From Candidatus Hadarchaeales archaeon (GTDB lineage Archaea > Hadarchaeota > Hadarchaeia > Hadarchaeales > Hadarchaeaceae): DNA of 32,000 nucleotides. The translations under genes and the position numbers were made by a program. Positions 17,009 through 26,282 of this stretch are shown piece after piece. Within the stretch, counting starts at the first letter, position 1. Every line of letters starts with the position of its first letter. Location: positions 101,441 to 133,440 of the forward strand of contig JAWBCC010000003.1 in the NCBI GenBank assembly GCA_038823825.1, in the 5' to 3' direction. The notes under the pieces are model-generated. The model searched no databases. It was not told the origin of the DNA and worked only from the letters and a program-made list of their open reading frames with translations.

Positions 17009-17542
17009 ATGTTTGAAGGAATGGGGAAATTAGAAATAACGCTTCTGGTTGGAGATCTAACAAAGCAGGAGGCCGACGCGATTACGAATCCTGCCAACAG
17101 TTTGATGTTCATGGGCGGGGGTGCAGCCGGAGCTCTGAAAAAAGCAGGAGGAGAAGAGATAGAAAAAGAAGCTCGGATGAAGGCGCCCATACCAGTGGGA
17201 AAGGCAGTGGCAACGACTGCGGGTAGACTGAAAGCGAAATTTGTCATTCATGCCCCCACGATGGAACGTCCTGCCATGCCAACAACTAGAGAAAAGGTCT
17301 ATCTTGCCACAAAGGCTGCAATAGAATGTGCTGACGAGGTTGGCGCAAAGAGTTTAGTGATCCCCGGAATGGGCACAGGAGTGGGTGGTTTATCTTTTGA
17401 GGAGGCCGCGGAGGCAATGATTTCCGCTATCAAAGAGATTTCTAAGAAATTAAAAAATCTTCAAAAAATAATTCTTTGTGACATAAACGAGCAAATGGTC
17501 AAAGCTTGGAGAAAGGAACTAGAGCGGCAAGGTTTACTTTGA
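17009..17542 (+). CDS. Macro domain (ADP-ribose-binding/hydrolase-like) protein
   Basis: LVGDLTKQEADAITNPANSLMFMGGGAAGALKKAGG...VIHAPTMERP...IPGMGTGVGGLSFEEAAEAM. Confidence 0.92.
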   Translation: MFEGMGKLEITLLVGDLTKQEADAITNPANSLMFMGGGAAGALKKAGGEEIEKEARMKAPIPVGKAVATTAGRLKAKFVIHAPTMERPAMPTTREKVYLATKAAIECADEVGAKSLVIPGMGTGVGGLSFEEAAEAMISAIKEISKKLKNLQKIILCDINEQMVKAWRKELERQGLL

Positions 17543-18223
17543 GAATTCTACAACCTCGAGCAGATCTGCAATGCTTTTAATCACCGCATCGGGCCCATAT
17601 TTCTCTAGCAACTCGCGTCGCATCAGCCCAGTCAAGACCGCGACAGTTTTTGCTCCAACCTTTTTCCCATCTCTGATGTCGTTCCAGTAGTCTCCGACTA
17701 TTACGCATTCCTGCGGTTTGACGCCTAGCTTTTCAATCGCAATCCTAAAGATTTCTTCCTTGGAGAAGTGATGTTTTTCATTCAGGTCTTTTATAGCATC
17801 CCTGCCCGTCACGATCGTGTCCACAAATTCTCCAAGACCGAGCGAATCTAACTCTAGCTTTAATCTTTGGGCAGGGAGAATGCAGCTTGTGATGACGGCA
17901 ATGGGAATTCCCTTTTCCTTAAGTTTTTTGAGAGTTTCTAAACTTCCATTGATCGGTTTGTTTCCCGCATCCTCCTCTCTGTATCTCTCCAAAAATTTCA
18001 GCCAGAACTTGTGCAAGTCTGTTTCAGGTCCGAGTCTTTCTAGAATCACATCATCAAGTGTGTCGTCGATGTACCTCTTCAGAAACTCGTCCCAGCTGAT
18101 AGTTTTCCCACCCTCTTGTGCGATGAGTTCGTTGAAGACCACGAAAAACCTAGGAAGAGTATCAACGAGAGTCCCATCGGTGTCGAAAATTACAGCCTTA
18201 GCTTGGATTTTTTGACTAGACAT
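17534..18223 (-). CDS. HAD-superfamily hydrolase
   Basis: AVIFDTDGTLVDTLPRF, VITSCILPAQ, FSKEE...IVGDYWNDIRDGKKVGAKTVAVLTG. Confidence 0.92.
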   Translation of the reverse strand: MSSQKIQAKAVIFDTDGTLVDTLPRFFVVFNELIAQEGGKTISWDEFLKRYIDDTLDDVILERLGPETDLHKFWLKFLERYREEDAGNKPINGSLETLKKLKEKGIPIAVITSCILPAQRLKLELDSLGLGEFVDTIVTGRDAIKDLNEKHHFSKEEIFRIAIEKLGVKPQECVIVGDYWNDIRDGKKVGAKTVAVLTGLMRRELLEKYGPDAVIKSIADLLEVVEFSK

Positions 18224-18326
18224 GACGGGTCCCTTTAATCCTAGTTCTCAACACTTCATGAAGTTTTAAACTTTTTCATGTCTTGAAAAAGAATAAAAAA
18301 CAAAGACGCATTAGTCAAAGGGTGAG

Positions 18327-19082
18327 TTGATGGAAAGAAGAAACGCCATAAATCTGATCTCAGGTGGGGTAGACTCCGTTACTACTGCCTATTACGTCAA
18401 CAAAGTTTTGAAGCCAGCCAAGCAGCTTCTCATATTCTGCAACTACGGACAAAGGACATATGTTGAGGAGGAGTTTTGCATAAAAAAGATTTCGGAGCTT
18501 TTGGGTGTTCCGCTCAAAATAATCGATCTCCGCTGGCTCGGGGAGATAAGCACATCTCTGCTCACGAAGCCAGACGTGCCTATCCCGGAAACGAAAACAG
18601 AAGATCTTTGGGATCCGGACAAAGCAAAACAAAGAATACTACGATGGTGGGACCCATGCAGGAATGCGATTCTTCTTCTCGTGGGTCTTGCACATGCGGA
18701 ATCCTTCTATATTTCAAAGGGAGAAAGATATGATGTTTACATTGGAATAAGACGGGAGACTCCTGTGAGGATGAAGGATAATACCCCCGAATTCATGGAT
18801 GAGATGAACAGACTCGCAGAACATGCGACCCATCACGGTGGATATAGACTACTTGCTCCACTGATCGAGCATGACAAGGACATGGTCGTGAAGCTAGGCG
18901 AGTCTCTTGGAGTTCCTTGGGAATACACGTACAGCTGTTATCAGGGCGGTGGACTTAAAGATGTGGGTGGGAGGATTCTGCCCGTCCACTGTGGAATCTG
19001 CTCAAATTGCAGAAGAAGGGCCATAGCTTTTAAAGATGCAGGCGTCAAGGATCCAAGCATCTACGCAAAACCGCCCATCTAG
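18327..19082 (+). CDS. QueC-like PP-loop protein (7-cyano-7-deazaguanine synthase family)
   Basis: INLISGGVDSVTTAYY PP-loop, NYGQRTYVEEE, Zn ligands CYQGG...VHCGICSNCRRRAIAF. Some other expected QueC segments are atypical. Confidence 0.82.
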   Translation: MMERRNAINLISGGVDSVTTAYYVNKVLKPAKQLLIFCNYGQRTYVEEEFCIKKISELLGVPLKIIDLRWLGEISTSLLTKPDVPIPETKTEDLWDPDKAKQRILRWWDPCRNAILLLVGLAHAESFYISKGERYDVYIGIRRETPVRMKDNTPEFMDEMNRLAEHATHHGGYRLLAPLIEHDKDMVVKLGESLGVPWEYTYSCYQGGGLKDVGGRILPVHCGICSNCRRRAIAFKDAGVKDPSIYAKPPI

Positions 19083-19103
19083 AATCGATTAAACTTAAAC
19101 ATC

Positions 19104-20282
19104 GTGAATGTTTTTCGGGGGATAGATCTGGAAGTCATTGAGATTCGGAAATGGACGGATGGTTCAGAAGAGAAAATAAAGAGGTCGCTGGCAGAGAAAA
19201 AAATCGTCGCAATACTATGTGATGTTCCACTCGTGGAGGAAATGGAAATAAAGAAAGCTGATGATGGGCTTCTTCTCGGTCCTTGTTGTTCATTCTCGCT
19301 TATCAACGGCAAGGGCGTGGGAATATGGAACGAGATCAAAAAAGGACCAATTGGGCTTATCGGAAGTTCCTCAAGCGGTCTCAGGATGTTGGCTTGCATG
19401 CTCTCGGAAGTGGGAATATCACATGCCATACATGTGGGATGGCGGGATTTCTCCCAGGCGATCGGAGGTCTCTCAACGATAAAAGCTCTAAAGTTTCTTA
19501 AGGAAGATCCCGATACAGAATGTATAGCAGTCATCGGAGTTCTGCCAAACCAGCAAGTTGTGAAGAGAATAATGAAGGAGACGGAGGGCGATAAACCAGT
19601 GCTTTTTCTTTTTCTGGGTTATAAAGCTGAGGAATTGCAGACTCTTGAGAAATTTGCTCAGAGGGTGGCTCAAATAGTTGGTTGCGAGTTAAAACCTGAG
19701 CCATCAGACGAGAAACTTGAAAAGTTTGCGGAAGAAGAAGCCTCCAAGCTTGCATACGGGCAAAAATACGTAAGGGGCATTTTTTCTGGAAGGTTCGCTT
19801 GTGTCGAAGCTCAGCTGATCCTGTCGTGGTTTGGTAAAACGGTTTATTCAAACGTTCCACTTAAACCGCGACTCAGGCTTCCGGATCCGACTTCTAGTCA
19901 GGGGCATACGTTTGTTGATATTTCCATGCCGGAGCCCAGTCCAGGGGTCAACCCGATTGTTGATCCAAGCCCCTACGTGGAGAGAATTGTTAGGGAAGCG
20001 AAAGATGAGCAGATCGGCGCCTTGGTTTTTGACATTGTTTTGGGTCATGGTGCTCACGAGGATCCTGCATCAGTCCTCTCTGAGGCGGTCATCAAAGCTC
20101 GCAGAGTTTGCGAGTCTACTATGGGATATCTTCCGGTTTTTGCCACCATAGTCGGAACGGATAAGGACCCCCAAAATCTAAGCAAGCAGAGGAAGAAATT
20201 GGAAGAAACAGAGGTGATTTTGACATCTTCGACATCTAGAGCTATCACATTGGCCGCCATGACTGCGGGGTTTCAAAAATGA
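19104..20282 (+). CDS. FdrA-like / succinyl-CoA-synthetase alpha-like protein
   Basis: LLLGPCCSFSLINGKGVGIWNEIKKGPIGLIGSSSSGLRMLACMLSEVGISHAIHVGWRDFSQAIGG...KYVRGIFSGRFACVEAQL...LGHGAHEDPA resembles FdrA. Confidence 0.75.
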   Translation: MNVFRGIDLEVIEIRKWTDGSEEKIKRSLAEKKIVAILCDVPLVEEMEIKKADDGLLLGPCCSFSLINGKGVGIWNEIKKGPIGLIGSSSSGLRMLACMLSEVGISHAIHVGWRDFSQAIGGLSTIKALKFLKEDPDTECIAVIGVLPNQQVVKRIMKETEGDKPVLFLFLGYKAEELQTLEKFAQRVAQIVGCELKPEPSDEKLEKFAEEEASKLAYGQKYVRGIFSGRFACVEAQLILSWFGKTVYSNVPLKPRLRLPDPTSSQGHTFVDISMPEPSPGVNPIVDPSPYVERIVREAKDEQIGALVFDIVLGHGAHEDPASVLSEAVIKARRVCESTMGYLPVFATIVGTDKDPQNLSKQRKKLEETEVILTSSTSRAITLAAMTAGFQK

Positions 20283-21139
20283 TAGTAAAATTTAAACCGG
20301 TGATTTTGCCGGTTATCACAAAATGGGTTGCGGAAAAAATTCTCAAATCCGGCGATGGAGAGTTAGAGGTCTCTCTCGATCTCGGTTTATCAAAAGCAAA
20401 AGTGACTATCTCCGGTGGTTTGGTCAGTCTTCCAACTGGCGATGTTATCAGTTTGAAAGTTTTAGAAAAATTGGAAGAGGGGGACGTTTACATTGTTCGC
20501 GAAAACGAGATTTTCAAGGCAGAGTTTTTTGCCGAAGGTAAGTATTATCGATTGTTTGCTCCTTATCCAGAAGATGCTCCAACACTAGAAATCTCCGGAA
20601 TAAGAATGCATAGGACGGAAGAAGTGACTCCATGGGAGGATGCAAAGATGAAAGTGGTATCCATAAAGGTTTTCCCCAATGCATCCGTGCTGGATATAGG
20701 AACCGGGCTGGGTTACACGGCCATATGGTCGATCAACTTCGGTGCTTCCTCCATAATGACAATTGAAAAAGACCAGAATGTTTTAAAAATGGCGGAGATT
20801 AACCCTTGGTCGAGGAAGCTCGCCGATACAAGAATAACCATCCTACTCGGAGACGCGTCGGAGTTGATCGAAAAATTCGACGATTGTTTGTTCGACAGAG
20901 TGATAAACGATCCTCCCCGCTTTGCCTTGGCAGGAGAACTCTACAGCCGGGAGTTTTATTATGAGATTTTCAGGGTTTTAAAACCAAAAGGGTGGCTTTA
21001 TCACTACGTCGGAGAACCAGGGAAACGGAGAAGAAAGGACATACCGGCAGGAGTTATAAAAAGGTTAAAGGAGTGCGGTTTTGAAAAAATCCGTAGGCAG
21101 GATGTAGGAATCGTAGCCAGAAAACCGGCAGGTGTCTGA
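20279..21139 (+). CDS. Class I SAM-dependent methyltransferase
   Basis: VLDIGTGLGYTAIWSINFGASSIMTIEKD motif I; FDRVINDPPRF (DPPR). 4-nt overlap with the preceding gene. Confidence 0.88.
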   Translation: MIVKFKPVILPVITKWVAEKILKSGDGELEVSLDLGLSKAKVTISGGLVSLPTGDVISLKVLEKLEEGDVYIVRENEIFKAEFFAEGKYYRLFAPYPEDAPTLEISGIRMHRTEEVTPWEDAKMKVVSIKVFPNASVLDIGTGLGYTAIWSINFGASSIMTIEKDQNVLKMAEINPWSRKLADTRITILLGDASELIEKFDDCLFDRVINDPPRFALAGELYSREFYYEIFRVLKPKGWLYHYVGEPGKRRRKDIPAGVIKRLKECGFEKIRRQDVGIVARKPAGV

Positions 21140-21818
21140 TTTGGTCAGAAAGAAAAGAAATGGACGCATCATAGATTTCATACCGGGAATATTCGGGTCC
21201 ATGGTTTTTGTTTTGCTCTGCATTCTGTTTTTCGTCAGTGGATTCAAAGGGGAATCATCTTACTTGAGTCTTTCATTGGATAAGCCATGGGGAATTTTTA
21301 CGTCGACCTACGTGCATGCGGATTTTAATCATCTCTGGAACAATATTTCGGCCATCCTAATTTTCTCATCAATGATTTTCGTCGTAAACATGTGGGTACC
21401 TAAAAAAATCAGAAAAACCATAAGTTCGACTATGCTTGTTCTTCTTTTCTTCACCGGACCTCTGGTGGGTTCCTTAGAGTATCTGATTTGGCTAGCTACT
21501 AGTAGTTTTGACGTTTCTTCGGTTGGAGCTTCCGATGTCGTCTATGCGGTCTCTGCTCTCGCTCTGGTTTCATTTGGTCTAAACATTCCGATTTTCTGGA
21601 AGGTGTCATCTGGGCGCAGAAAAAGTCGTGCTGCGACCTTTCTTTTTATCGTCGGGATTTTCATAGTTTTTATTTTCTTCTTTTCACTCATACAATCCCC
21701 GGAGGTTTTTTTCAGTGTGGCTCCTGGCGTTGACGTTTTAGCGCATGTCTTTGGCTTTATCATAGGGCTACTCGTTTCCTTCCGTTTTCTCCTTCCGGTT
21801 TACCGGCGGCTGATGTAG
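21132..21818 (+). CDS. Rhomboid-family intramembrane protease-like protein
   Basis: STYVHADFNHLWNN, VGASDVVYA, DVLAHVFGFIIG in a multi-TM protein. Overlaps the preceding gene by 8 nt. Confidence 0.8.
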   Translation: MSDLVRKKRNGRIIDFIPGIFGSMVFVLLCILFFVSGFKGESSYLSLSLDKPWGIFTSTYVHADFNHLWNNISAILIFSSMIFVVNMWVPKKIRKTISSTMLVLLFFTGPLVGSLEYLIWLATSSFDVSSVGASDVVYAVSALALVSFGLNIPIFWKVSSGRRKSRAATFLFIVGIFIVFIFFFSLIQSPEVFFSVAPGVDVLAHVFGFIIGLLVSFRFLLPVYRRLM

Positions 21819-21856
21819 TTTCCGTTTTTTAGGAAGACCGCAAAAGGATAATTGTT

Positions 21857-23113
21857 ATGACGACAAAGGACGCGAAATTCCGCTACCAGTTCAAGAAGAT
21901 GGTGGAGGAACTGGAGGCTTTCAGGGGCAGGGGAACCGAGTTGATATCAGTATATATCCCACCCGATTTCGACATGGCGAAAGTTCTTCAGCAGCTCAGA
22001 GAAGAGTATGGTACGGCAGCGAACATAAAGTCGAAGTCTACACGAAAAAACGTCCAAGCCGCAATTGAGAGAATAATCCAGTTCCTCCAAAGTTATATGA
22101 GAACGAATAAAAAGCCACCCGAGACCGGGCTAGCAATCTTTGCAGGAAACGTTGCAGAAAGGGAAGACTATACGGATATCCAGCTCTACTGGATAGAACC
22201 ACCGGAGCCCATAACAACGAGACTCTACAGATGTGATCAACAGTTTGTCGTAGAACCCTTGAAAGAAATGCTGGAAGTTAAAGAGACACTCGGGGTGCTC
22301 GTTATGGACGGAAACGAGGCAACAATTGCTACTGTGCGGGGAAAGCACGTAGAAATCGTCAGGAGATTGACTTCCGGAATTCCCGGAAAGCACAGTAAAG
22401 GGGGGCAGTCAGCCAGGAGATTTGAAAGATTACGGGAAATAGCCACACATGAGTATCACAAGAGGGTGGCGGAAGCGGCGGCCGAAGTTTTCTTGCAGAT
22501 TCCGGATCTGAAACGCATTTTGATCGGTGGTCCTGGTCCGCATAAGGAGGATTTTCTGAAGGAGGAGCTTCTCCATCCGGAACTCAAAAAGAAAATCGCC
22601 GCTGTAATCGATACAGGATACACAGATGAGCAAGGTGTGAAGGAGGTCGTCAATAAGGCCGAGGAGGTTTTGGGCGAACTTGAGATAGTGCAGGAAAAAA
22701 AGATTTTTCAAAAATTCATGGAGGAAGTTGCCAAAGAATCTGGCTTGGCTGTTTATGGTAAGGAAAAAGTGAGGGAAGCCCTTGAGCACGGTTTGGTCGA
22801 TACTCTTCTGATATCTGAGGCGTTTGGTGAGGTTACAGCAACCATAAGATGTCTAAATTGTAATAATCAGTTTCAGAAAACCGTGAAAAACATTGAAACC
22901 CTGAAAAGACAGCTTCTCTCACAGGAGTGCTCCGTCTGTGGAGAAAAACAATTGCAGATCGTGGAGACAAAAGACGCAGTCCGAGAGTTCCTTGATTTAG
23001 CCGAAAGATTCAACGCGAACGTACACTTCATCTCCACTGAAACGGAGGAGGGGGAGCAATTTTATAGAGGGTTCGGTGGAATCGCCGCGATTTTGAGATA
23101 TAAAACAGCATAA
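21857..23113 (+). CDS. prf1: Archaeal peptide chain release factor 1 (aRF1)
   Basis: NIKSKSTRKNVQAAIERI (NIKS motif), GKHSKGGQSARRFERLREIA (GGQ motif). Confidence 0.97.
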   Translation: MTTKDAKFRYQFKKMVEELEAFRGRGTELISVYIPPDFDMAKVLQQLREEYGTAANIKSKSTRKNVQAAIERIIQFLQSYMRTNKKPPETGLAIFAGNVAEREDYTDIQLYWIEPPEPITTRLYRCDQQFVVEPLKEMLEVKETLGVLVMDGNEATIATVRGKHVEIVRRLTSGIPGKHSKGGQSARRFERLREIATHEYHKRVAEAAAEVFLQIPDLKRILIGGPGPHKEDFLKEELLHPELKKKIAAVIDTGYTDEQGVKEVVNKAEEVLGELEIVQEKKIFQKFMEEVAKESGLAVYGKEKVREALEHGLVDTLLISEAFGEVTATIRCLNCNNQFQKTVKNIETLKRQLLSQECSVCGEKQLQIVETKDAVREFLDLAERFNANVHFISTETEEGEQFYRGFGGIAAILRYKTA

Positions 23114-23142
23114 ACTTCATCCACACAGGACATTCCGAGAAG

Positions 23143-24378
23143 TCATGTTCCGAATTTCCAAGATTTCAAGTAGTTCTTTTGTTCAGCGGTGAGCTTTTCC
23201 ATTTTGATTTTGAGAGAACGGAGTTTTAATTTTGCAACTTTCTTGTCTATCTCTTCAGGCACTTGATAAACCTTGGGTTCCAGCTCTGTACCGTGTTTGG
23301 CCAGATATACTGTGCACAAAGCCTGAAGCGAGAAGCTCATATCCATTATTTCTATCGGATGCCCAAGTGAGCGCTTACCCGCCAGATTGACTAGACGCCC
23401 CTCCGTGAGAAGATATAAACGTTTTCCGTTCCTAAGCTTGAATTCCTTTACGTCCTCGATGATTTCTCGTTCGGAAGTGGCCAGCTTTTCCAGTCCCTTC
23501 AGATCTATTTCCACATTGAAGTGGCCAGCATTCGCGAGGATGGCACCGTCTCTCATTTTTTGCATATGCTCTGGGCGTATCACATTGACGTTGCCAGTTG
23601 CCGTGATGAAAATGTCCCCATCACGCACGGCTTCCTTCATGCTACCAACACGAAATCCATCCATTGCGGCTTCGAGTGCTCGGATAGGATCGGTCTCCAC
23701 CACAATGACGTTCGCTCCAAGCCCTCTTGCACGTGAAGCTATCCCTCTCCCTACATATCCGTAACCTACAACCACCACACACTTGCCCGCAATCAGAGTG
23801 TTCGTGATGCTCATTATCGCCTGCAAAGTCGATTCTGCTGTCCCAAATCTGTTATCGAAAAGGCGCTTTGCTGGCGTATCGTTTACAGCAATAACCGGAA
23901 TTTTAAGTGCTCCATCTTTTTCCATAGCTCGTAGTCTCATGACACCAGTTGTTGTTTCCTCACACCCACCGATCAGCCTCTCAAATTCTGGATGTTTTTC
24001 ATGTGCAAGAACGGTGAGGTCTCCTCCATCGTCGATTATTAAATCAGGAGCATGAGAGAGGACCTTTTCGAGGTTTCGATAATATTCTTGTTCGCTTTCC
24101 CCTCTTTTCGCGTATACAAAATTACCTTCCTCCGCAAGGGCTTCAGCAACTTCATCCTTGGTCGAAAGCGGATTACATCCTGCAATAGCGATTTCTGCCC
24201 CCGCATCGCGTAGTGCCCTGACAAGTACACCAGTTTTGGCTTCTACATGTAGCGCCATTCCCACCTTGAGTCCTTTCAATGGTTTCTTTTTCGAGAGCTC
24301 CCGTCTCACTTCGGCCAGAACTGGCATGCGTGATTCGGCCCAGTTTAGCATTCTTTCCCCGATATCTTTGGGTTTCAT
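23143..24378 (-). CDS. S-adenosylhomocysteine hydrolase family (possibly S-inosylhomocysteine hydrolase)
   Basis: GMALHVEAKTGVLVRALRDAGAEIAIAGCNPLSTKD, VVVVGYGYVGRGIASRARGLGANVIVVETDP, ANAGHFNVEIDL. Confidence 0.93.
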   Translation of the reverse strand: MKPKDIGERMLNWAESRMPVLAEVRRELSKKKPLKGLKVGMALHVEAKTGVLVRALRDAGAEIAIAGCNPLSTKDEVAEALAEEGNFVYAKRGESEQEYYRNLEKVLSHAPDLIIDDGGDLTVLAHEKHPEFERLIGGCEETTTGVMRLRAMEKDGALKIPVIAVNDTPAKRLFDNRFGTAESTLQAIMSITNTLIAGKCVVVVGYGYVGRGIASRARGLGANVIVVETDPIRALEAAMDGFRVGSMKEAVRDGDIFITATGNVNVIRPEHMQKMRDGAILANAGHFNVEIDLKGLEKLATSEREIIEDVKEFKLRNGKRLYLLTEGRLVNLAGKRSLGHPIEIMDMSFSLQALCTVYLAKHGTELEPKVYQVPEEIDKKVAKLKLRSLKIKMEKLTAEQKNYLKSWKFGT

Positions 24379-25664
24379 CTGCTCACCAGATCTTCAGCAA
24401 CCTGCTGTGCCTTTTCGATTACTTGTTCTTCATCGACCGTCAATATGTGTCTATCTTCCATAATGATTCTGCCGTTGACGATGACTGTGCACACATCGCA
24501 GCCACTTGCTGAGTAAACCAAATTAGAAACAACGTTATGTAGCGGTGTGAGGTGAGGTTTTCTAAGATCAACGAGAATAATATCAGCTTTTTTCCCAATT
24601 TCTATGGATCCGATTTCTCTTTCAAGCCCGACCGCTTTTGCGCCGTTTATGGTTCCAATTCTTAAAGCTGTCATCGCATCCACAACCGTTGGGTTTCCAG
24701 CTTTAACCTTGGCCAGCAAGCTACAGGTTCTGATCTCCTCAAACATGTCAAGGTTGTTGTTGCTTGCAGCACCGTCAGTTCCTATCGCCACCGTGATCCC
24801 TCTTTTGATAAAGTCCCAGATAGGAGCAATTCCAGAAGCCAGTTTGAGGTTACTTTGGGGATTGTGTGCCACCTTTACGTCATTTTTCTTTAGAGTCTCC
24901 GCCTCTTCTTTGCTTACTTGAACACAGTGTGCAGCCAGTATCTCGGGACCGAGAAAACCGATGTTTTGTAGAAATTCTATCGGCTTCTCCCCTTGAAACG
25001 AAATGGTATTTTGAACGTCTTTCTCGCTCTCTGCGAGGTGAATCATTATTCCGACTTTGAACTTTCTAGCTAAATCCTTGATCTCCAAGAGGCACTCTCT
25101 CGAACATGAGTAAGGAGCATGTGGTCCAAACATCGTTAGAATTCTTCCATCGGCTTTGCCGTGAAAATCTTTTACAATTCTGACGGCTTCTCTGATATCT
25201 TTTTCCCTTTTTTCTTCATCTCCCAAGTCAATGATTCCATGAGAGATGAAGCCCCTCATTCCCGTTTCCTCGATTGCTTTCGCAACAGCATCCATGAAGA
25301 AATACTGATCCACGAAGCAAGTAGTACCACTCTTTATCATTTCGACACAGCCAAGAAGAGCTCCCCAATAAACATCGTCTCTTTTGAGCTTCATTTCGAG
25401 TGGCCAGATTTTTTCCGTTAACCAGCTCATCAGCTCCATGTCATCGGCTATTCCGCGGAAGAGCGTCATTGCAAGATGAGTGTGTGCATTTATGAAGCCC
25501 GGGAGTGCGACTTTTCTTTTTCCGTTAATCACATAGTCAGTCTTCTCCCTAACATCTCCTAGTTTTGCTATCCGATTTTCTTCGATCAATATGTCTCCTC
25601 GGAAGACCTCGTTTCTTGGATTGCATGTGACAATTTGGACGTTTTTGATTAGAATGCTTTCCAA
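24375..25664 (-). CDS. SAH/MTA/adenosine deaminase-like amidohydrolase (DadD/MtaD family)
   Basis: PGFINAHTHLAMTLFRGIADDMELMSWLTEKIWPLE, FGPHAPYSCS, HLAES, HCVQV, IGTDGAASNNNLDMFEEI. 4-nt overlap with the AdoHcyase-family gene. Confidence 0.92.
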   Translation of the reverse strand: MESILIKNVQIVTCNPRNEVFRGDILIEENRIAKLGDVREKTDYVINGKRKVALPGFINAHTHLAMTLFRGIADDMELMSWLTEKIWPLEMKLKRDDVYWGALLGCVEMIKSGTTCFVDQYFFMDAVAKAIEETGMRGFISHGIIDLGDEEKREKDIREAVRIVKDFHGKADGRILTMFGPHAPYSCSRECLLEIKDLARKFKVGIMIHLAESEKDVQNTISFQGEKPIEFLQNIGFLGPEILAAHCVQVSKEEAETLKKNDVKVAHNPQSNLKLASGIAPIWDFIKRGITVAIGTDGAASNNNLDMFEEIRTCSLLAKVKAGNPTVVDAMTALRIGTINGAKAVGLEREIGSIEIGKKADIILVDLRKPHLTPLHNVVSNLVYSASGCDVCTVIVNGRIIMEDRHILTVDEEQVIEKAQQVAEDLVSR

Positions 25665-25668
25665 GCGT

Positions 25669-26187
25669 TCACCTCAACAGTTCTGCGATTTTCTTACCGA
25701 ATTCTCTTGCTGCGTGTGGACCATTAGCAGTAACGATTTTTCCGTCTACTTCGACATTTTTTCCCGTATACTTTGCTCCACCGGCTTCAAGCATTTTGAC
25801 GAAATCTCCATCCCAGACGGTCGCCCGCCTACCCTTGAGAATTCCAGCGTTAGCCAGTATCACCGGTGCTATACATATTGCTCCAACAACTTTACCGGCG
25901 GAAAAAGCTTCCTTTGCTATGCTCAGTGCATGTTTGTTGGAGAAGTAAATGGAAGAGCCACTTCCCCCGACAAATATCACAGCATCGTAATCTTCGACCT
26001 TCACTTCCTCAATGGTCAGCTCGGCCGTTGCTTTTCCGCCGAGCATCCCTTTTGCTTCCCCCTTCTTCGTACTGGCGATTTTAGTCACTATTCCGGATTT
26101 TTCAAGAACCTCTTTGGTATGGAAAAGCTCTTCGTCGCGAAAATCCTTTGGAGCGATTATCAACAGGGCTTTCATCCAATTTTTCAT
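25669..26187 (-). CDS. DJ-1/PfpI family protein
   Basis: DYDAVIFVGGSGSSIYF, GKVVGAICIAPVILANAGIL. Confidence 0.92.
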   Translation of the reverse strand: MKNWMKALLIIAPKDFRDEELFHTKEVLEKSGIVTKIASTKKGEAKGMLGGKATAELTIEEVKVEDYDAVIFVGGSGSSIYFSNKHALSIAKEAFSAGKVVGAICIAPVILANAGILKGRRATVWDGDFVKMLEAGGAKYTGKNVEVDGKIVTANGPHAAREFGKKIAELLR

Positions 26188-26282
26188 TTTCTCTCTTTAG
26201 AATAAAAATGGCAGAGGCGGAGGCGGTCAATAACTTGGGGAGAATCTCTTAAAGTATGGCGTGGATGGAGATAGGTGGGTGT

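Noticed and set aside
25591-26205. 204-aa plus-strand ORF opposite the DJ-1/PfpI gene
   Set aside because: Antisense shadow of a well-supported gene; Phe/Cys-rich non-protein-like composition.
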